Positions 24,463 to 35,168 of a DNA stretch of 64,000 nt are shown in pieces (within the stretch, counting starts at the first letter, position 1; each line of letters opens with the position of its first letter). The position numbers and the translations under genes are program-made. The notes beneath the pieces were generated by a model, which was given only the letters and a program-made list of their open reading frames with translations, ran no database searches and was not told the DNA's origin. Location of the stretch: assembly GCA_903886275.1 (NCBI GenBank), contig CAISLN010000080.1, positions 43,719 through 107,718 of the forward strand, given 5' to 3'. The stretch is from an uncultured beta proteobacterium. Lineage in GTDB: Bacteria > Pseudomonadota > Gammaproteobacteria > Burkholderiales > Burkholderiaceae_C.

Positions 24463-27400
24463 TCATGTTGCGACGGACCCAGAACGATACCTAACACGCG
24501 CTTCCGCCTCCTCAATGCGAAAGAGCCCCTCGCTATCCGGGTCGTACGGGTTTGGCAGGACTACGAAATTGGGCGATGTACTAAGCGCATTCTTGACATG
24601 CACAATCAGGAATGTCTCTTTTCGGCGCTTCTTCTTGCCGGCGATTTCCATCGCCAATGCAATTTCGGAAGACCCGAGACTGAAGACGTCAGCATCGCCC
24701 TGCGTTGCTTTGACCTCTACCCGATACTGGCGGCCTTTAACGCAGAACTTGAAGTCGCAGCCAAACCCATCGTCTGCTGGATTGGATTCGTAGACGTACT
24801 GGCTGTTCTCCGAAATCCAAGCCGATGCTGACACGGCGTCCTCTCCATAGCGCAATCGCAGCATCCGGAAGACATGCATCTCCCCCGCCAAGCCGACGGC
24901 CTGGTCGACAGACGTCGGTTGACGACGACGCTTGGTTGAAGTGGGCACTTTGTCCCGCACCACAGGCAGCTTCGCTGGAGGCTTGTTGAGCGGCGCGGTT
25001 TCATCAAGGTTTAGTGGTGGGGCCGATGACAACGCGGAGTCGGGAACCTCTGTCGTAAGCAGGACCCACAGGTTTTTAAGGTTACTCTCCGAAGCGTCGA
25101 ACTCCTTACCGCAGACCTGCACTACATGCTGGCGTTGTGCCGCCGCTTCCTGCGCCGAGCGCAGCCCAGCTTCGGATTCCTCGAGCTCTTGTTCAGACAC
25201 CTCAAGTTTCGAGCGAAGGTCCTCAAGGGATACCGCGCTATTTAAGACAACGGAAAAATCGCCATCGCCCGGGAAGGCCGTTGCGAAAGGGCTCTTCAGC
25301 ATTGTGAATATCTGCTCAGGGTTCCAAAGAGCGACGAACGCGCCGCTACCGAGTTCCTTTTTCAAGCCATGGAGCAAGTGGTCAACGCAGCTTTCCCATT
25401 TGAGTGAGCCCGAAGAGGATTTGAGCAACCATGCAAGCCGGATGTGGTCTAGCTGTTTAGTAGCAAATTGAACACGAGCCACGTTGGAGCGCCCTAATTC
25501 ATCAGGGTCGACCTTCAAGTCAACCCCTGCGGCCTCTAGGGTCCAAACTAACTCGTCCGCATCTTGCGACAGAGCGAGCGTTCCCTGCAACTCGGCCTCG
25601 CCCAGCCAGCGAGAAAATAGGGTCCCAAGGGCAGTTGCAACGTCGTTAAACTTAACTCGCCAACCTGCTTGCGCCAGGGCGTAACCGTTGCTCAGGGTCG
25701 CGTACGTGGAACAAAGTTCTGCGTAACCTGCGTCGGCCTTGCCGCCGGCTATGGCATGACGAGCAACTCTCTTTGCAACCCAGATAAACTCTTCAATAAT
25801 GGCATCGAATTGGGCGCGCCAGGCCTTGTTTTCTATCTCTGATAGCTGAAGGGAGCGAAGGGTATCGTTCCAAATTGAAAGCGTTGGAAATGTGGCCCAC
25901 CGCCCTGCCAGAGTTTCAGCGAACTCGAACATGTCATTGGTCTCCCGAGCCAGCAGGATAAGCTCCGAACACTTCGATGTGTCGAATCCACACTTGTTCA
26001 ACGCCGCCAGCAGCTGCTCCACAGAAGCCGCAGACTCTATGTCTGTGACATCCTGTGAACCGGAAGCCCGAGCGAGCACTCTTGCGTAACGGACCACATG
26101 TCCAACGTCACCACGAAGGTGCTCCAGTATGTGGTGAATCTCTTCTTCGCCTACGGAGCCAAGCGGCTTCAACAACTCGAGGATGCCAGGCGGGGAGTCC
26201 GGGAGCTTGCCAACGGCGCTAAGTACGAACCGTATTGGAAGCTGCAAGTCTTCACGTTCAAGCGCCTGAGCGAGAGCCGGACTCAGGTCTGCCAGGTGGT
26301 TTCTGCACGAGGCATCAAGCAGCAGAGTTTGCGACTGCGCATCCCACAAGCTTGGCACACGTTTTGAAAGAGCTTGGCCATCAGGTCGCACAACCGACAG
26401 CGCCAATCCATCTACCCACGCCACATTGGCCGAAGCGAGCATCTCACAACGCTTGCGAAATGCGGTGGCGTGCACTGAGAGCCCTTGGCTAACTAGCACC
26501 AACAGGGGAGTAGCAATCCAGAAGAGGACGCTGTCCGACAGCAATGTCTTGCCATCGCCATTCCAGGGCAAGCCATCGACTGTCGGACGAACCGTTATTG
26601 CCGAGGCGAACTGTACATTCGTCGCATAATTGGCCTGAAACCACTCTCGCAGCCTCTGGGCTACTCGGGGCAACATTGTGAGGACAGGTAAGCCCAAGTC
26701 TTCAAGAGTACCTGAAAGGGCCGCTTGGTCGGGCAGTACGACCGGTGCCAGAGCGGTTGGCTGAACTCTTTGAAGGCCTCGGTCACGACTCCTTACCGGC
26801 AGTAATTCCAACGACACAGAAGATGAGTCAGGGCGGAACTGCTCCCAAGCTTCGCGGAGCTGGCCAAGCAGTACATTTGCGTCAGCAACAACCTCTGTCC
26901 CAATTGATGCGGTGAGCGCTTCCAAGAGCACTGTGTTGGGGGTATCGTCGCGACCGTTGAAGACATTCATGCCCAGAGAACAAAGTTCGTCAACGAGACC
27001 CTCCCTCGTCGCAATCTTCGCGGCAGCAGCTGCCGGAAGCGCTCGTAGATGCGCGTAATGTCGCGCTCGGCTTGCCAGCGTGTCTGCGGGAACGAACCAG
27101 CGGTCACCGGGGCAATTCCAGGTGCGGCTGTCGTCCTGAACTGCTATCCATGGGCGGGAACGCAGGAAAAGCGATAAGGGGGATTTGAACTTGGCTTTGC
27201 CGTAATAGCCCCCTATCTTCGAAGCGGTGCCAACTTCCCAACTGACCACAGCCCATCTTGGCAGGGCCCAGAGCAACAAGGTTGAAAGGTCCTCTCTTTG
27301 GCCGTCGGAGAGCGATTCATACTCATCAAGGCCGGCGAAGGTCCACATCGACTCCACCCGATACCTAAGGGCGCTCAGGTAAGGCAACGGCACATGCCGA

Positions 27401-29943
27401 TGCGCCATGACAGTTTCGCTCCAGAGACCGGAACTGAAGCCCGGAGGAGGCCCCGAAGGAAGGCTCAGCTCGTTGGAACTGTAAAACGTACTCTCCCAGT
27501 CTGACGACGCGACCTCAACCAACGTGAGGAAATCTGATGCACCGCCTCTGAGCAGTAGGTCCATGTCAGCTGCTGCGCCAAGGTCCGAGTACACAGAATC
27601 ATTGACCGGCAAAAGCAGTTTCGCGTAAGCCGCCTGCCCGGTTGAGGAGGACAGTACGCTCAAATAGCGCTCCAACACTTCGCCGGCCGAGTAATACCAA
27701 CCCGAGCCGAAGACGCTGTCCTTCAACTTGAACCATCCCCCACGGCAGGGAGCAGGCAAGTCACGCAGCAGCTTGAATGTTTCGGGAGCGCCACGCCCTC
27801 TGGCCACGACGTTGCGCATCAGGCGCATTCCCCAAGAGAAGATGTCGCGACACCTTTGGGCATCATCACTTTCATGCGGCACAGGCAGCTGCGGCGTCAG
27901 TCGACGCAGGATGTCGGTAAATATAGTCTCAACCCGAAATGGCGTAACCAGTGCTTGGTTTCCAAGATATTCGCGCACGACGTTTTGAGAATTTCCTTTT
28001 GAGTCGTACAGTTCGATATGGTCACTCAAGAACGCAACGCTGCTCCTCAGTGTGGCTGGAACTGCGCTTGTAGAGCCGTCCGTATCGACGTCGCCCGCAT
28101 CGGGTGTTCCTTGGCGAGGCAAGAAGAATACCTTGGTTCCGCTATCCACTTGATGGAGTTCGTTATCCGTACCCAGCAGCACCTTCGTGCGAGAGAGTTC
28201 CCGCTGCCCATTTGGCAGGAGCGCGACGATGTCGCGCCAGAAGGCGTTCCAATCGCCCCCCTCTCTGCGTATTACTTCAGCGACAGAAGCAGCCAGGGTG
28301 GCGAGCACCCTCGTAGGCATCCGCGCGGAGCCTGTGCCGCAGAACTGTTCTTTGAAAAGTTCGAACTGTTTGGCTCTTCTTTGGGAAAGGTCTCGATGCA
28401 GAAGTGCTACTTCAACGAAACGTCTCACAAGGTCCTCGGTAAAGAACCTGCAGTTTGAAAGTTCCGGGAGTTGGTACGCTTCATGTACCGTTGCCCAACC
28501 ACTTTCAGTCAGTACAAGAGGCACAGAACTGACGTCTAGTCGCGCCCGAGAGATGGCCAGCATCATGTGCTCGGACCAAGCCTCGCCAAGTGCATCGCTC
28601 GCAAGAGGACTCAGAAGGTCCAGAACGGCACGCCCAGCGTCCGATGTGTGTTCCGACGTCTGAACCACCGCCGCGCTCAGGGCAAGGTCGAGGGCCACAT
28701 CAACGAGGTGACGGTTGTAGGCGCTCTCGAACTCTATGGACGTTCGACTCATATCGCCGTAAAACGGCGCGTTCACGTGCACTGCGCTGCCAGTAAGCTC
28801 ATGCGTCGGTAGATAGATGCTGAAGCGGCCAGCGTCTTGCTCGCCACCGCTGCGTATCGCGATGCTGACTTCCGCATCTTGCATCTCAGGCCATCGACCC
28901 GGCAACGCCGCTACTGCCGCTCTGACCTTCTCCGGGGCGTCCGCAATCCGAACACTCGTTCGCCAAAGAAAGTAGTTGCGTCCTGCTTCACGCGGCCCGG
29001 TTAGTGTTACGTGCTTTCCGCCGCTGGCATCCTCCGTAACGTTACGGTGGAATGTTCGCTCCCCCGCTGCGCCATGATGAATCGTGAGTTCACGCAGGTT
29101 CCATAGAAATAGGCATGTGGATGGGTCCAAGGACGCCATCTTCTGGCGCACCTTTTGTGCTACTTGTGCAGACTTCAGTGGGAGGCGGACTACTGTTGCA
29201 AACCCCGCTTGCTCTAGTTTTTGGAGCGCCGCGCTCTCACGGTCCCATATCCCAATGGGAAGAAGATAGGGTGAAAGGTAGCGTACCTCTTGCGTCAACC
29301 ACTCGCGGCCCATTGTCGCCACTCGGCTACGGTATAGGGCGAGCATTTCGGGGGACCAGTTCTGAACCAATGGTGCGCCAGACATATTCCAGACTGGAAT
29401 GCCTTCGCCAAAAGCTAGTTCCGTCATCGGTTCGGCCAGAGAACTGACTGTTGAGGGGCGAAACGCAAAACAGTAGCCGTCAAAAAGAGGACTGTCGACG
29501 TTTTGGCGGGAATAAACTTCCGGGCAGTCGGTGAGCTCTAGCACACTTCTGAACCCTATCCCCTTGTTTCCGATGCTCTTTTGCGGGTCCTTGTCGCTCT
29601 GCCCAAGTGCCGAAATTTTTTCGAAGTTCGAGCGGCTAAAAGGCTCCCCGTCGTTGGCGACCAACAGAGTTCCATGCTCAGAGTCGCCTTGCTCGAAGCG
29701 GATATGAATTCTTCCGCCGCGGGGAATTCCCCCCAATGCATCATGTGCATTTTGAATAAGTTCGATGAGAAAACGACCGTGATACTGATGCTCAACCTGC
29801 TCGGTCAGGTTGTGCATGCTTCGATAGTTCGAGACTCCTTCGGCGAGCTCCGTCAGGAAAACCCTCACCTTTGAGCAAAGGTGCGCCGTAATGTGGTCAA
29901 TAGCGGCTGGCGTTCCTCCCAATGATTTCCCGACTTCAAACAC
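24463..29943 (-). CDS. Sacsin-like GHKL ATPase with C-terminal DUF3883 (NO VEIN-type) PD-(D/E)xK nuclease, ~1826 aa
   Basis: ELIQNAHDA, VANDGEPF, IGNKGIGFRS; C-terminal GLAGE...DDGFGCDF...EVKAT; GAGGAG 6 nt before GTG 29943; lower GC than flanks. Confidence 0.8.
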   Translation of the reverse strand: MFEVGKSLGGTPAAIDHITAHLCSKVRVFLTELAEGVSNYRSMHNLTEQVEHQYHGRFLIELIQNAHDALGGIPRGGRIHIRFEQGDSEHGTLLVANDGEPFSRSNFEKISALGQSDKDPQKSIGNKGIGFRSVLELTDCPEVYSRQNVDSPLFDGYCFAFRPSTVSSLAEPMTELAFGEGIPVWNMSGAPLVQNWSPEMLALYRSRVATMGREWLTQEVRYLSPYLLPIGIWDRESAALQKLEQAGFATVVRLPLKSAQVAQKVRQKMASLDPSTCLFLWNLRELTIHHGAAGERTFHRNVTEDASGGKHVTLTGPREAGRNYFLWRTSVRIADAPEKVRAAVAALPGRWPEMQDAEVSIAIRSGGEQDAGRFSIYLPTHELTGSAVHVNAPFYGDMSRTSIEFESAYNRHLVDVALDLALSAAVVQTSEHTSDAGRAVLDLLSPLASDALGEAWSEHMMLAISRARLDVSSVPLVLTESGWATVHEAYQLPELSNCRFFTEDLVRRFVEVALLHRDLSQRRAKQFELFKEQFCGTGSARMPTRVLATLAASVAEVIRREGGDWNAFWRDIVALLPNGQRELSRTKVLLGTDNELHQVDSGTKVFFLPRQGTPDAGDVDTDGSTSAVPATLRSSVAFLSDHIELYDSKGNSQNVVREYLGNQALVTPFRVETIFTDILRRLTPQLPVPHESDDAQRCRDIFSWGMRLMRNVVARGRGAPETFKLLRDLPAPCRGGWFKLKDSVFGSGWYYSAGEVLERYLSVLSSSTGQAAYAKLLLPVNDSVYSDLGAAADMDLLLRGGASDFLTLVEVASSDWESTFYSSNELSLPSGPPPGFSSGLWSETVMAHRHVPLPYLSALRYRVESMWTFAGLDEYESLSDGQREDLSTLLLWALPRWAVVSWEVGTASKIGGYYGKAKFKSPLSLFLRSRPWIAVQDDSRTWNCPGDRWFVPADTLASRARHYAHLRALPAAAAAKIATREGLVDELCSLGMNVFNGRDDTPNTVLLEALTASIGTEVVADANVLLGQLREAWEQFRPDSSSVSLELLPVRSRDRGLQRVQPTALAPVVLPDQAALSGTLEDLGLPVLTMLPRVAQRLREWFQANYATNVQFASAITVRPTVDGLPWNGDGKTLLSDSVLFWIATPLLVLVSQGLSVHATAFRKRCEMLASANVAWVDGLALSVVRPDGQALSKRVPSLWDAQSQTLLLDASCRNHLADLSPALAQALEREDLQLPIRFVLSAVGKLPDSPPGILELLKPLGSVGEEEIHHILEHLRGDVGHVVRYARVLARASGSQDVTDIESAASVEQLLAALNKCGFDTSKCSELILLARETNDMFEFAETLAGRWATFPTLSIWNDTLRSLQLSEIENKAWRAQFDAIIEEFIWVAKRVARHAIAGGKADAGYAELCSTYATLSNGYALAQAGWRVKFNDVATALGTLFSRWLGEAELQGTLALSQDADELVWTLEAAGVDLKVDPDELGRSNVARVQFATKQLDHIRLAWLLKSSSGSLKWESCVDHLLHGLKKELGSGAFVALWNPEQIFTMLKSPFATAFPGDGDFSVVLNSAVSLEDLRSKLEVSEQELEESEAGLRSAQEAAAQRQHVVQVCGKEFDASESNLKNLWVLLTTEVPDSALSSAPPLNLDETAPLNKPPAKLPVVRDKVPTSTKRRRQPTSVDQAVGLAGEMHVFRMLRLRYGEDAVSASAWISENSQYVYESNPADDGFGCDFKFCVKGRQYRVEVKATQGDADVFSLGSSEIALAMEIAGKKKRRKETFLIVHVKNALSTSPNFVVLPNPYDPDSEGLFRIEEAEARVRYRSGSVAT

Positions 29944-30114
29944 TTTTCTCTCCTCTGACTCGATTTGGCCCCAATTTTGCTCTAACTGTGAACGGCAGCT
30001 TTTGGGCGAGTCCGGGCACCCCTTTGGTTGAACTTTTGGTTTTAAAACTGACGGTTGGCAGACCGCCCCCATGACCGGAATTGGGCGGGCAATTTGAATT
30101 TCTGTAGACCCGCT

Positions 30115-30216
30115 AACGCTGCGGACTTGACTTACGAAATTTCTCCGTGGCCGTCGGTAATGGATCTATACGAGACCTCCACGGCCAAAACCTCAATGAC
30201 TGCAAACGCGGCAGTC
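30115..30216. repeat. Right flank repeat elements of the sacsin-like island
   Basis: Two segments inverted relative to 24264-24313; internal hairpin GACTGC-aaacgcg-GCAGTC at 30198-30216. Confidence 0.75.
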
Positions 30217-30406
30217 CTGCCGACCAGAGAACAGTCGCGTGTGACACCCATGGGTCGAACGTGTGAATTGGAAAAAAATAGCCACGACCACTGACACCCC
30301 CGCCTTCAGCGCCACTTCCTGCGGCTATCCAATTTTCCCGGCAACTACCGATCCGGCCCGAGGGCGATGGATGGTGCGCTTGCTTCGAGGGATGCCGTGC
30401 AGCGCT

Positions 30407-33400
30407 TCAGCTGCCGCGCCAAAGCGGCGCACGCTTTTCGCCAAAGGCGCGCGGGCCTTCTTGGGCGTCTTCGGAGGCAAGCATGGTGCTATAGCTTTTG
30501 ATGTCACCGCTGCGCATGCTTTGGTAGGCCTGGGCCACCGTCAGCCCCTCGGTCTCGCGCAGCACTTCTTTGACGGCGGCTAGCGCTAGCGGGGCGTTTT
30601 GCACGATGGCGGCAGCCAGCTCCTGCGCGGCCTGCATCAATCCTTCTGCGGGCACCACCTGGTTGACCAGGCCCCAACGTTGCGCTTCTTGTGCCGACAT
30701 GCGTCGGCCGGTCAGCACCAGCTCGGTGGCAATGGCGCGCGGCAGTCTGCGGGGCAGGCGCTGCAGGCCACCGGAGTCGGCCACCATGCCCAGCTTCACC
30801 TCGGGCAGGGCGAACTCGGCATGGTCGGCGGCGACGATCAAATCGGCCGCCAGGGCCAGCTCAAAGCCGCCGCCAAAGGCCAGGCCGTTGACCGCCGCAA
30901 TCACCGGCTTGCTAAGTGAAAAGTATTCGGTCAGCCCGGCAAAGCCGCCGGGGCCGTGGTCGGCGTTGATGGCCTCGCCCTCGGTGGCCGCATTCAGGTC
31001 CCAGCCGGCACTGAAAAAACGTCCGGTGCCGGTGACGATGGCCACGCGCATTGCCGGGTCGTCTTGCAACTGCTTGAACGCGGCGTAAAGCGCCAAGCTG
31101 GTGGCCACGTTGATGGCATTGGCCTTGGGTCGGTCCAGCGTGATGGTCAGCACGCCGTTGTGGGCTTCGGTGCGCACGCTGTGTTGCAGGGTGTCGGTCA
31201 TGGGGGTGGCTTGCGGTAAAAGATGGATGAGTGCGTCTACCGCCAGCACGCCTTGGGGCAGTACCAGCAGCGGGTTGACATCGAGTTCGAGCAGGCGGTC
31301 TGCGTGGGCCTGGGCATAGGCGGCGATGGCAGACACCGCGTCCACGAGTGCGTCTACATCGCCGACGGTTCTGCCCCGGTAGCCGTTCAGCAGCGGCCAG
31401 GTTTTCAGGCCCTGCAGTGCGGCGCGTATGTCCTCAGTGGATACCGGCAGCAGCAGGGTGGCCGTGTCTTGCAACAGCTCCACCCAAATGCCGCCGGAAC
31501 CCAGGGTGAGGGCCAGGCCGAACTGCGCATCGCGGCTGATGCCGACAATGAGCTCGGCCACCACATCGGTGGCCATTTGCTCGACCAGAAAGTCGCTCGC
31601 CAGATGCGCCATCGAGGCCACGGCGGCCTGTACCTGGGCCGCAGTTTTCAGGTTGAGCTTGACGCCACCGGCCTCGGTCTTGTGGGCCAGCAGCTCGGAC
31701 ACGGCCTTCACCACCACCGGGTAGCCCAAGGTTTGTGCAGCAGCCGTGGCTTCGTGCGCTGGCACACACAGGCCTTTGGGTATGGGCAGACCAAAGGCCT
31801 GCAGCGCCTGTTTGCTGGCCACTTCGTTGAGCATACGGCCTGCCCCCTGTGCGGCCGGTGCCGCAAGCCCTGCCACCGGCAGCAGCGCTTGCCAGCGGGC
31901 TTGGGCCGCGCCTATGCGCGCCGCGTGGGCAATCGCCTGCAGACAGTCGGCCGTGCCCTGCATGGGCGCAATGCCCTGCGCCAGCAATGCCTCGCTCACC
32001 GCGTCGGGCAGGCCCTCGGGCAAGGAGCTCAGCACCACCGCGGCGGCACCGGTCTGCTTCTGTGCGGCCGCAAAGCCGTCCAGCGTGGTCTGCCAACTCG
32101 ACCCATCGCAGCGGTCGGCGCGCGGGAAGTCCAGCACCAGCAGATGCGCGTCAAAGTCGCAGTCCATCAAGCCTGCAAAGCATTCGGTCTGCGCGGCCAG
32201 ATCGCCCCAGATATAGGTGTGGTAATCGAGCGGATTGGCCACCGTGACCTTTTCGCCCAGCACCTTGAAAAGGCGCTCATGCGCGGGCGCAGGCAGCTCC
32301 GGCAGGGCCAGTCCGTGCGCCTGCGCCAGGTCGGCCACCAGCGAGGCTTCGCCGCCCGAGCAACTTGCCGAAACAATGGCATTGCTTTTGAGCGCGCCAT
32401 GCACATGCAAAAACTTAAGCGTCTCGAGCAGGGTGGACACATCGAACACGCGGGCCACGCCGCAGCGCGCAAACAGCGCGTCATAGAGCTTGTCGGGGCC
32501 GGCCAGTGAGCTGGTGTGGCTCATGGTGGTGCGCGCGCCCAGCTCCGAGCTCCCCGCTTTCAGCGCCACCAGTGGCACGCGCTTTTGCAGCGCACGGATC
32601 GCCACGCGCGAGAACGCCGCCACATCGTCCAGTGCCTCCAAGTGCATGCCAATCGCGGTCACACGGGGGTCGTCCAGCAGCGCGTGGATGAGGGCGGCTA
32701 TGCTGCCTGTCGCCTGGTTGCCCACGGTGATCAGATAGGCCAGGGGCAGGGCGCGGCGCTGCATGGTGAGGTTCAGGCCGATGTTGCCGCTTTGCGTGAT
32801 GATGGCCACGCCGCGCTCCAAACGCTGCCCGCCATGTTGGTCCGGCCACAGGGCCACCCCGTCCAGATAGTTGAGAAGCCCATAGCAGTTGGGGCCAATC
32901 AGTGCCATGTCGGCAGCGGCGTCCACCAGCTCCTGTTGCAGGGCCACACCCTCGCCACCCACCTCGGCAAAGCCGGAGGCATAGCAGATGGCGCCACCGG
33001 CGCCGCGGTTGCTGAGTTGGCGCACCAGCTCCACCGTGGCCCGCGCTGGCACGGCGACAAAGGCGGCATCCGGCGCTGCGGGCAGTGACGCCACATCGGC
33101 AAAGCAGGGCAGTCCTTCCATCTCGCTGCGGGTCGGGTGCACCGGCCAGATCTCGCCACAGTAGCCGAGCTTGTGGCATTGGCGAATCACCTCGGCTGCG
33201 GCCTTGCCGCCGAACACGGCAATGCTGCGGGGGGCGAACAGGCGTTGAAGGGGTGTAGCCCCCACGCTCCCCGCTGCGCGAGGTTCGCTGGACCTGCCTA
33301 GGCCAGAGGCCAAGGCTCTTGCGCCTGTCCCAATCTGCGCAGGCAGATTGGGAGCCGCAGGCGCCAGCCCCGAGGGGGCGCTCACGCCTTCGGGCGGCCG

Positions 33401-33424
33401 TGCGGCGTTCGGTGCGCTGCTCAT
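30407..33424 (-). CDS. ADP-forming acyl-CoA ligase fused in frame to a CaiD-like enoyl-CoA hydratase (hydratase part from ATG 31201)
   Basis: [32 protein letters not shown]-grasp HKTEAGGV and LDVNPL, then [31 protein letters not shown]; no stop at the junction. Confidence 0.85.
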   Translation of the reverse strand: MSSAPNAARPPEGVSAPSGLAPAAPNLPAQIGTGARALASGLGRSSEPRAAGSVGATPLQRLFAPRSIAVFGGKAAAEVIRQCHKLGYCGEIWPVHPTRSEMEGLPCFADVASLPAAPDAAFVAVPARATVELVRQLSNRGAGGAICYASGFAEVGGEGVALQQELVDAAADMALIGPNCYGLLNYLDGVALWPDQHGGQRLERGVAIITQSGNIGLNLTMQRRALPLAYLITVGNQATGSIAALIHALLDDPRVTAIGMHLEALDDVAAFSRVAIRALQKRVPLVALKAGSSELGARTTMSHTSSLAGPDKLYDALFARCGVARVFDVSTLLETLKFLHVHGALKSNAIVSASCSGGEASLVADLAQAHGLALPELPAPAHERLFKVLGEKVTVANPLDYHTYIWGDLAAQTECFAGLMDCDFDAHLLVLDFPRADRCDGSSWQTTLDGFAAAQKQTGAAAVVLSSLPEGLPDAVSEALLAQGIAPMQGTADCLQAIAHAARIGAAQARWQALLPVAGLAAPAAQGAGRMLNEVASKQALQAFGLPIPKGLCVPAHEATAAAQTLGYPVVVKAVSELLAHKTEAGGVKLNLKTAAQVQAAVASMAHLASDFLVEQMATDVVAELIVGISRDAQFGLALTLGSGGIWVELLQDTATLLLPVSTEDIRAALQGLKTWPLLNGYRGRTVGDVDALVDAVSAIAAYAQAHADRLLELDVNPLLVLPQGVLAVDALIHLLPQATPMTDTLQHSVRTEAHNGVLTITLDRPKANAINVATSLALYAAFKQLQDDPAMRVAIVTGTGRFFSAGWDLNAATEGEAINADHGPGGFAGLTEYFSLSKPVIAAVNGLAFGGGFELALAADLIVAADHAEFALPEVKLGMVADSGGLQRLPRRLPRAIATELVLTGRRMSAQEAQRWGLVNQVVPAEGLMQAAQELAAAIVQNAPLALAAVKEVLRETEGLTVAQAYQSMRSGDIKSYSTMLASEDAQEGPRAFGEKRAPLWRGS
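33258..33410. repeat. REP/MITE-like palindromic element with nested hairpin insert
   Basis: 33258-33290 matches 46243-46276 with 1 indel and 1 mismatch; internal perfect 11-bp inverted repeat at 33328-33353. Confidence 0.75.
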
Positions 33425-34581
33425 GCGCCGTGGGCGCGCAGCATGGCGCGCGAGATGATGTGGCGCTGGATTTCGCTGGTGCCGTCCCAGATGCGCTCCA
33501 CCCTTGCGTCGCGCCAAAAGCGCTCAATCGGCATGGAGCCCATCAGGCCCATGCCGCCAAAAATTTGCAGTGTCTGGTCGGTGATGCGGGCCAGCGTCTC
33601 GGAGGCAAACAGCTTGGCCATGGCGGCGTCTGAGTCGGTCATGCGGCCCTGGTCGCATTTCCAGGCGGCCTGCAGCGTCAGCAATTCTGCCGCCTCCAAC
33701 TCGGTGGCCATGTCGGCGAGCTTGAAGCCGGTGCCCTGAAAGCGCCCTATCGGTTGGCCGAACTGCTTGCGCGTGGCGGCCCAAACGGTTGCCAGTTCCA
33801 GCACGCGCCGGCCCCGCCCCACGCTGGTGGCTGCCACGGTCAGGCGCGTGGCGCCCAGCCATTCGCCCATCAGCTCAAAGCCCTTGCCCTCTTCGCCCAG
33901 GCGCTTGCCAACCGGCACGCGCACATCGTCAAAAAACAGTTCGCACTGGTGGTAGCCCCGGTGCGAGACGCAGGCCGGGCCGCGCCTTCGCGTCACACCG
34001 GGCGTATCAAAGTCCACCAGAAAGCCGGTGATTTTTTTCTTGGGTCCGGCCTTGGTTTCTTCCACGCCGGTGGCCGCAAACAGAATCACATAGTCGGCCA
34101 TATCGGCATGGCTGATGAAATGCTTGCTGCCGTTGATCACATAGTCGTCGCCATCCCGCACGGCACTCGTCAACATACCGCGCACGTCTGATCCGGCATG
34201 GGGCTCGGTCATGGCCAGGCAGTCGTGGCGCTCACCGCGAATGGTGGGCAGCAAATACTCTTGCACTTGTGATCCGGTGCAGCCACGCAGGATATTGCTG
34301 GGCCGGGCAATCAGCATTTGCAGGCCGTAGGAGGCGCGCCCGAGTTCACGCTCCAAGAGCGTGACACCCAAGTTGTCGAGCCCGCCACCTCCGAGTTCTT
34401 CTGGCATGTTGGCGGCATACAGGCCGACCTCTATGGCCTTGGCCTGAATCTGCGCGGCCAGCTCCGGCGGAATTTCGTCGGTGCGCTCGACCAGGTCTTC
34501 GTGCGGATAGAGTTCGATTTCTATAAAGCTGCGCACGGTGTCCACCAGCATGCGGTGTTCCAGGCTGAGTTCGAAATGCAT
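33421..34581 (-). CDS. Acyl-CoA dehydrogenase (gamma-butyrobetainyl-CoA dehydrogenase-like by context)
   Basis: [44 protein letters not shown]. Confidence 0.9.
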   Translation of the reverse strand: MHFELSLEHRMLVDTVRSFIEIELYPHEDLVERTDEIPPELAAQIQAKAIEVGLYAANMPEELGGGGLDNLGVTLLERELGRASYGLQMLIARPSNILRGCTGSQVQEYLLPTIRGERHDCLAMTEPHAGSDVRGMLTSAVRDGDDYVINGSKHFISHADMADYVILFAATGVEETKAGPKKKITGFLVDFDTPGVTRRRGPACVSHRGYHQCELFFDDVRVPVGKRLGEEGKGFELMGEWLGATRLTVAATSVGRGRRVLELATVWAATRKQFGQPIGRFQGTGFKLADMATELEAAELLTLQAAWKCDQGRMTDSDAAMAKLFASETLARITDQTLQIFGGMGLMGSMPIERFWRDARVERIWDGTSEIQRHIISRAMLRAHGA

Positions 34582-34601
34582 GGTGTGGGTCTCGGGGTCG
34601 G

Positions 34602-35168
34602 TTAAATGGTTTTGCGGCGGATGCCGATGGCGGCACCGGCCTGGCTTGGTCGCGGCAGTACGCCATGTGCGGCATGGATGGCCTGCACATGGGCCAGCAG
34701 CCAGTTGGGCATGGGCGCGGCGCGACCGGCCTTCATGTCCACGTGCAAGAGCATCTGCTCGCCCGTTGCCAGCAGTTCACCACTGCCTGCATGGAACATG
34801 CTGTGGAAGATGTGCAGGCGCTTCTCATCGGCATCGATCAGCTGCAGGGTGAGCCTGAGCGGGTCGCCCTCGGAGGCCTCTTTGATGTTGTGGATATGCG
34901 TCTCCACCGTGTAGAGCGACATGCCGCCCTGGTCACGGTAAGACTCGTCGATGCCGATGAAGCGAAAAAAAGCATCCGAGCTGTCGCCAAACACCAGCAA
35001 AAAACAGCTCTCGCTCATGTGGCCGTTGTAGTCCACCCATTGCGGCAAGACCGTGGGTGAATGCAGTTGCAGCGGTGCCGCAATGGGGGCGTTGGCGTCC
35101 CAGGGTTTGGCGGGCGTGTTTTCCAGCGGGGTGCTGACGCGCCCGGCGCTGTGGTGGGGATCAAGCAT
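34602..35168 (-). CDS. Hotdog-fold thioesterase (CdhB-like)
   Basis: WVDYNGHMSES, YTVETHI, ATGEQMLLHVD. Confidence 0.85.
   Translation of the reverse strand: MLDPHHSAGRVSTPLENTPAKPWDANAPIAAPLQLHSPTVLPQWVDYNGHMSESCFLLVFGDSSDAFFRFIGIDESYRDQGGMSLYTVETHIHNIKEASEGDPLRLTLQLIDADEKRLHIFHSMFHAGSGELLATGEQMLLHVDMKAGRAAPMPNWLLAHVQAIHAAHGVLPRPSQAGAAIGIRRKTI

Noticed and set aside
29944-30072. 5' extension of the 1869-aa ORF
   Set aside because: It overlaps the repeat-containing flank; a strong RBS precedes GTG 29943.
24190-30300. Integron or IS interpretation of the island
   Set aside because: No integrase or transposase gene, no canonical attC cores and no target-site duplication found; kept only as an unexplained repeat finding.
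33425-33517. 5' extension of the ligase ORF
   Set aside because: It overlaps the acyl-CoA dehydrogenase in another frame; the ATGA coupling at 33421-33424 is the better start.
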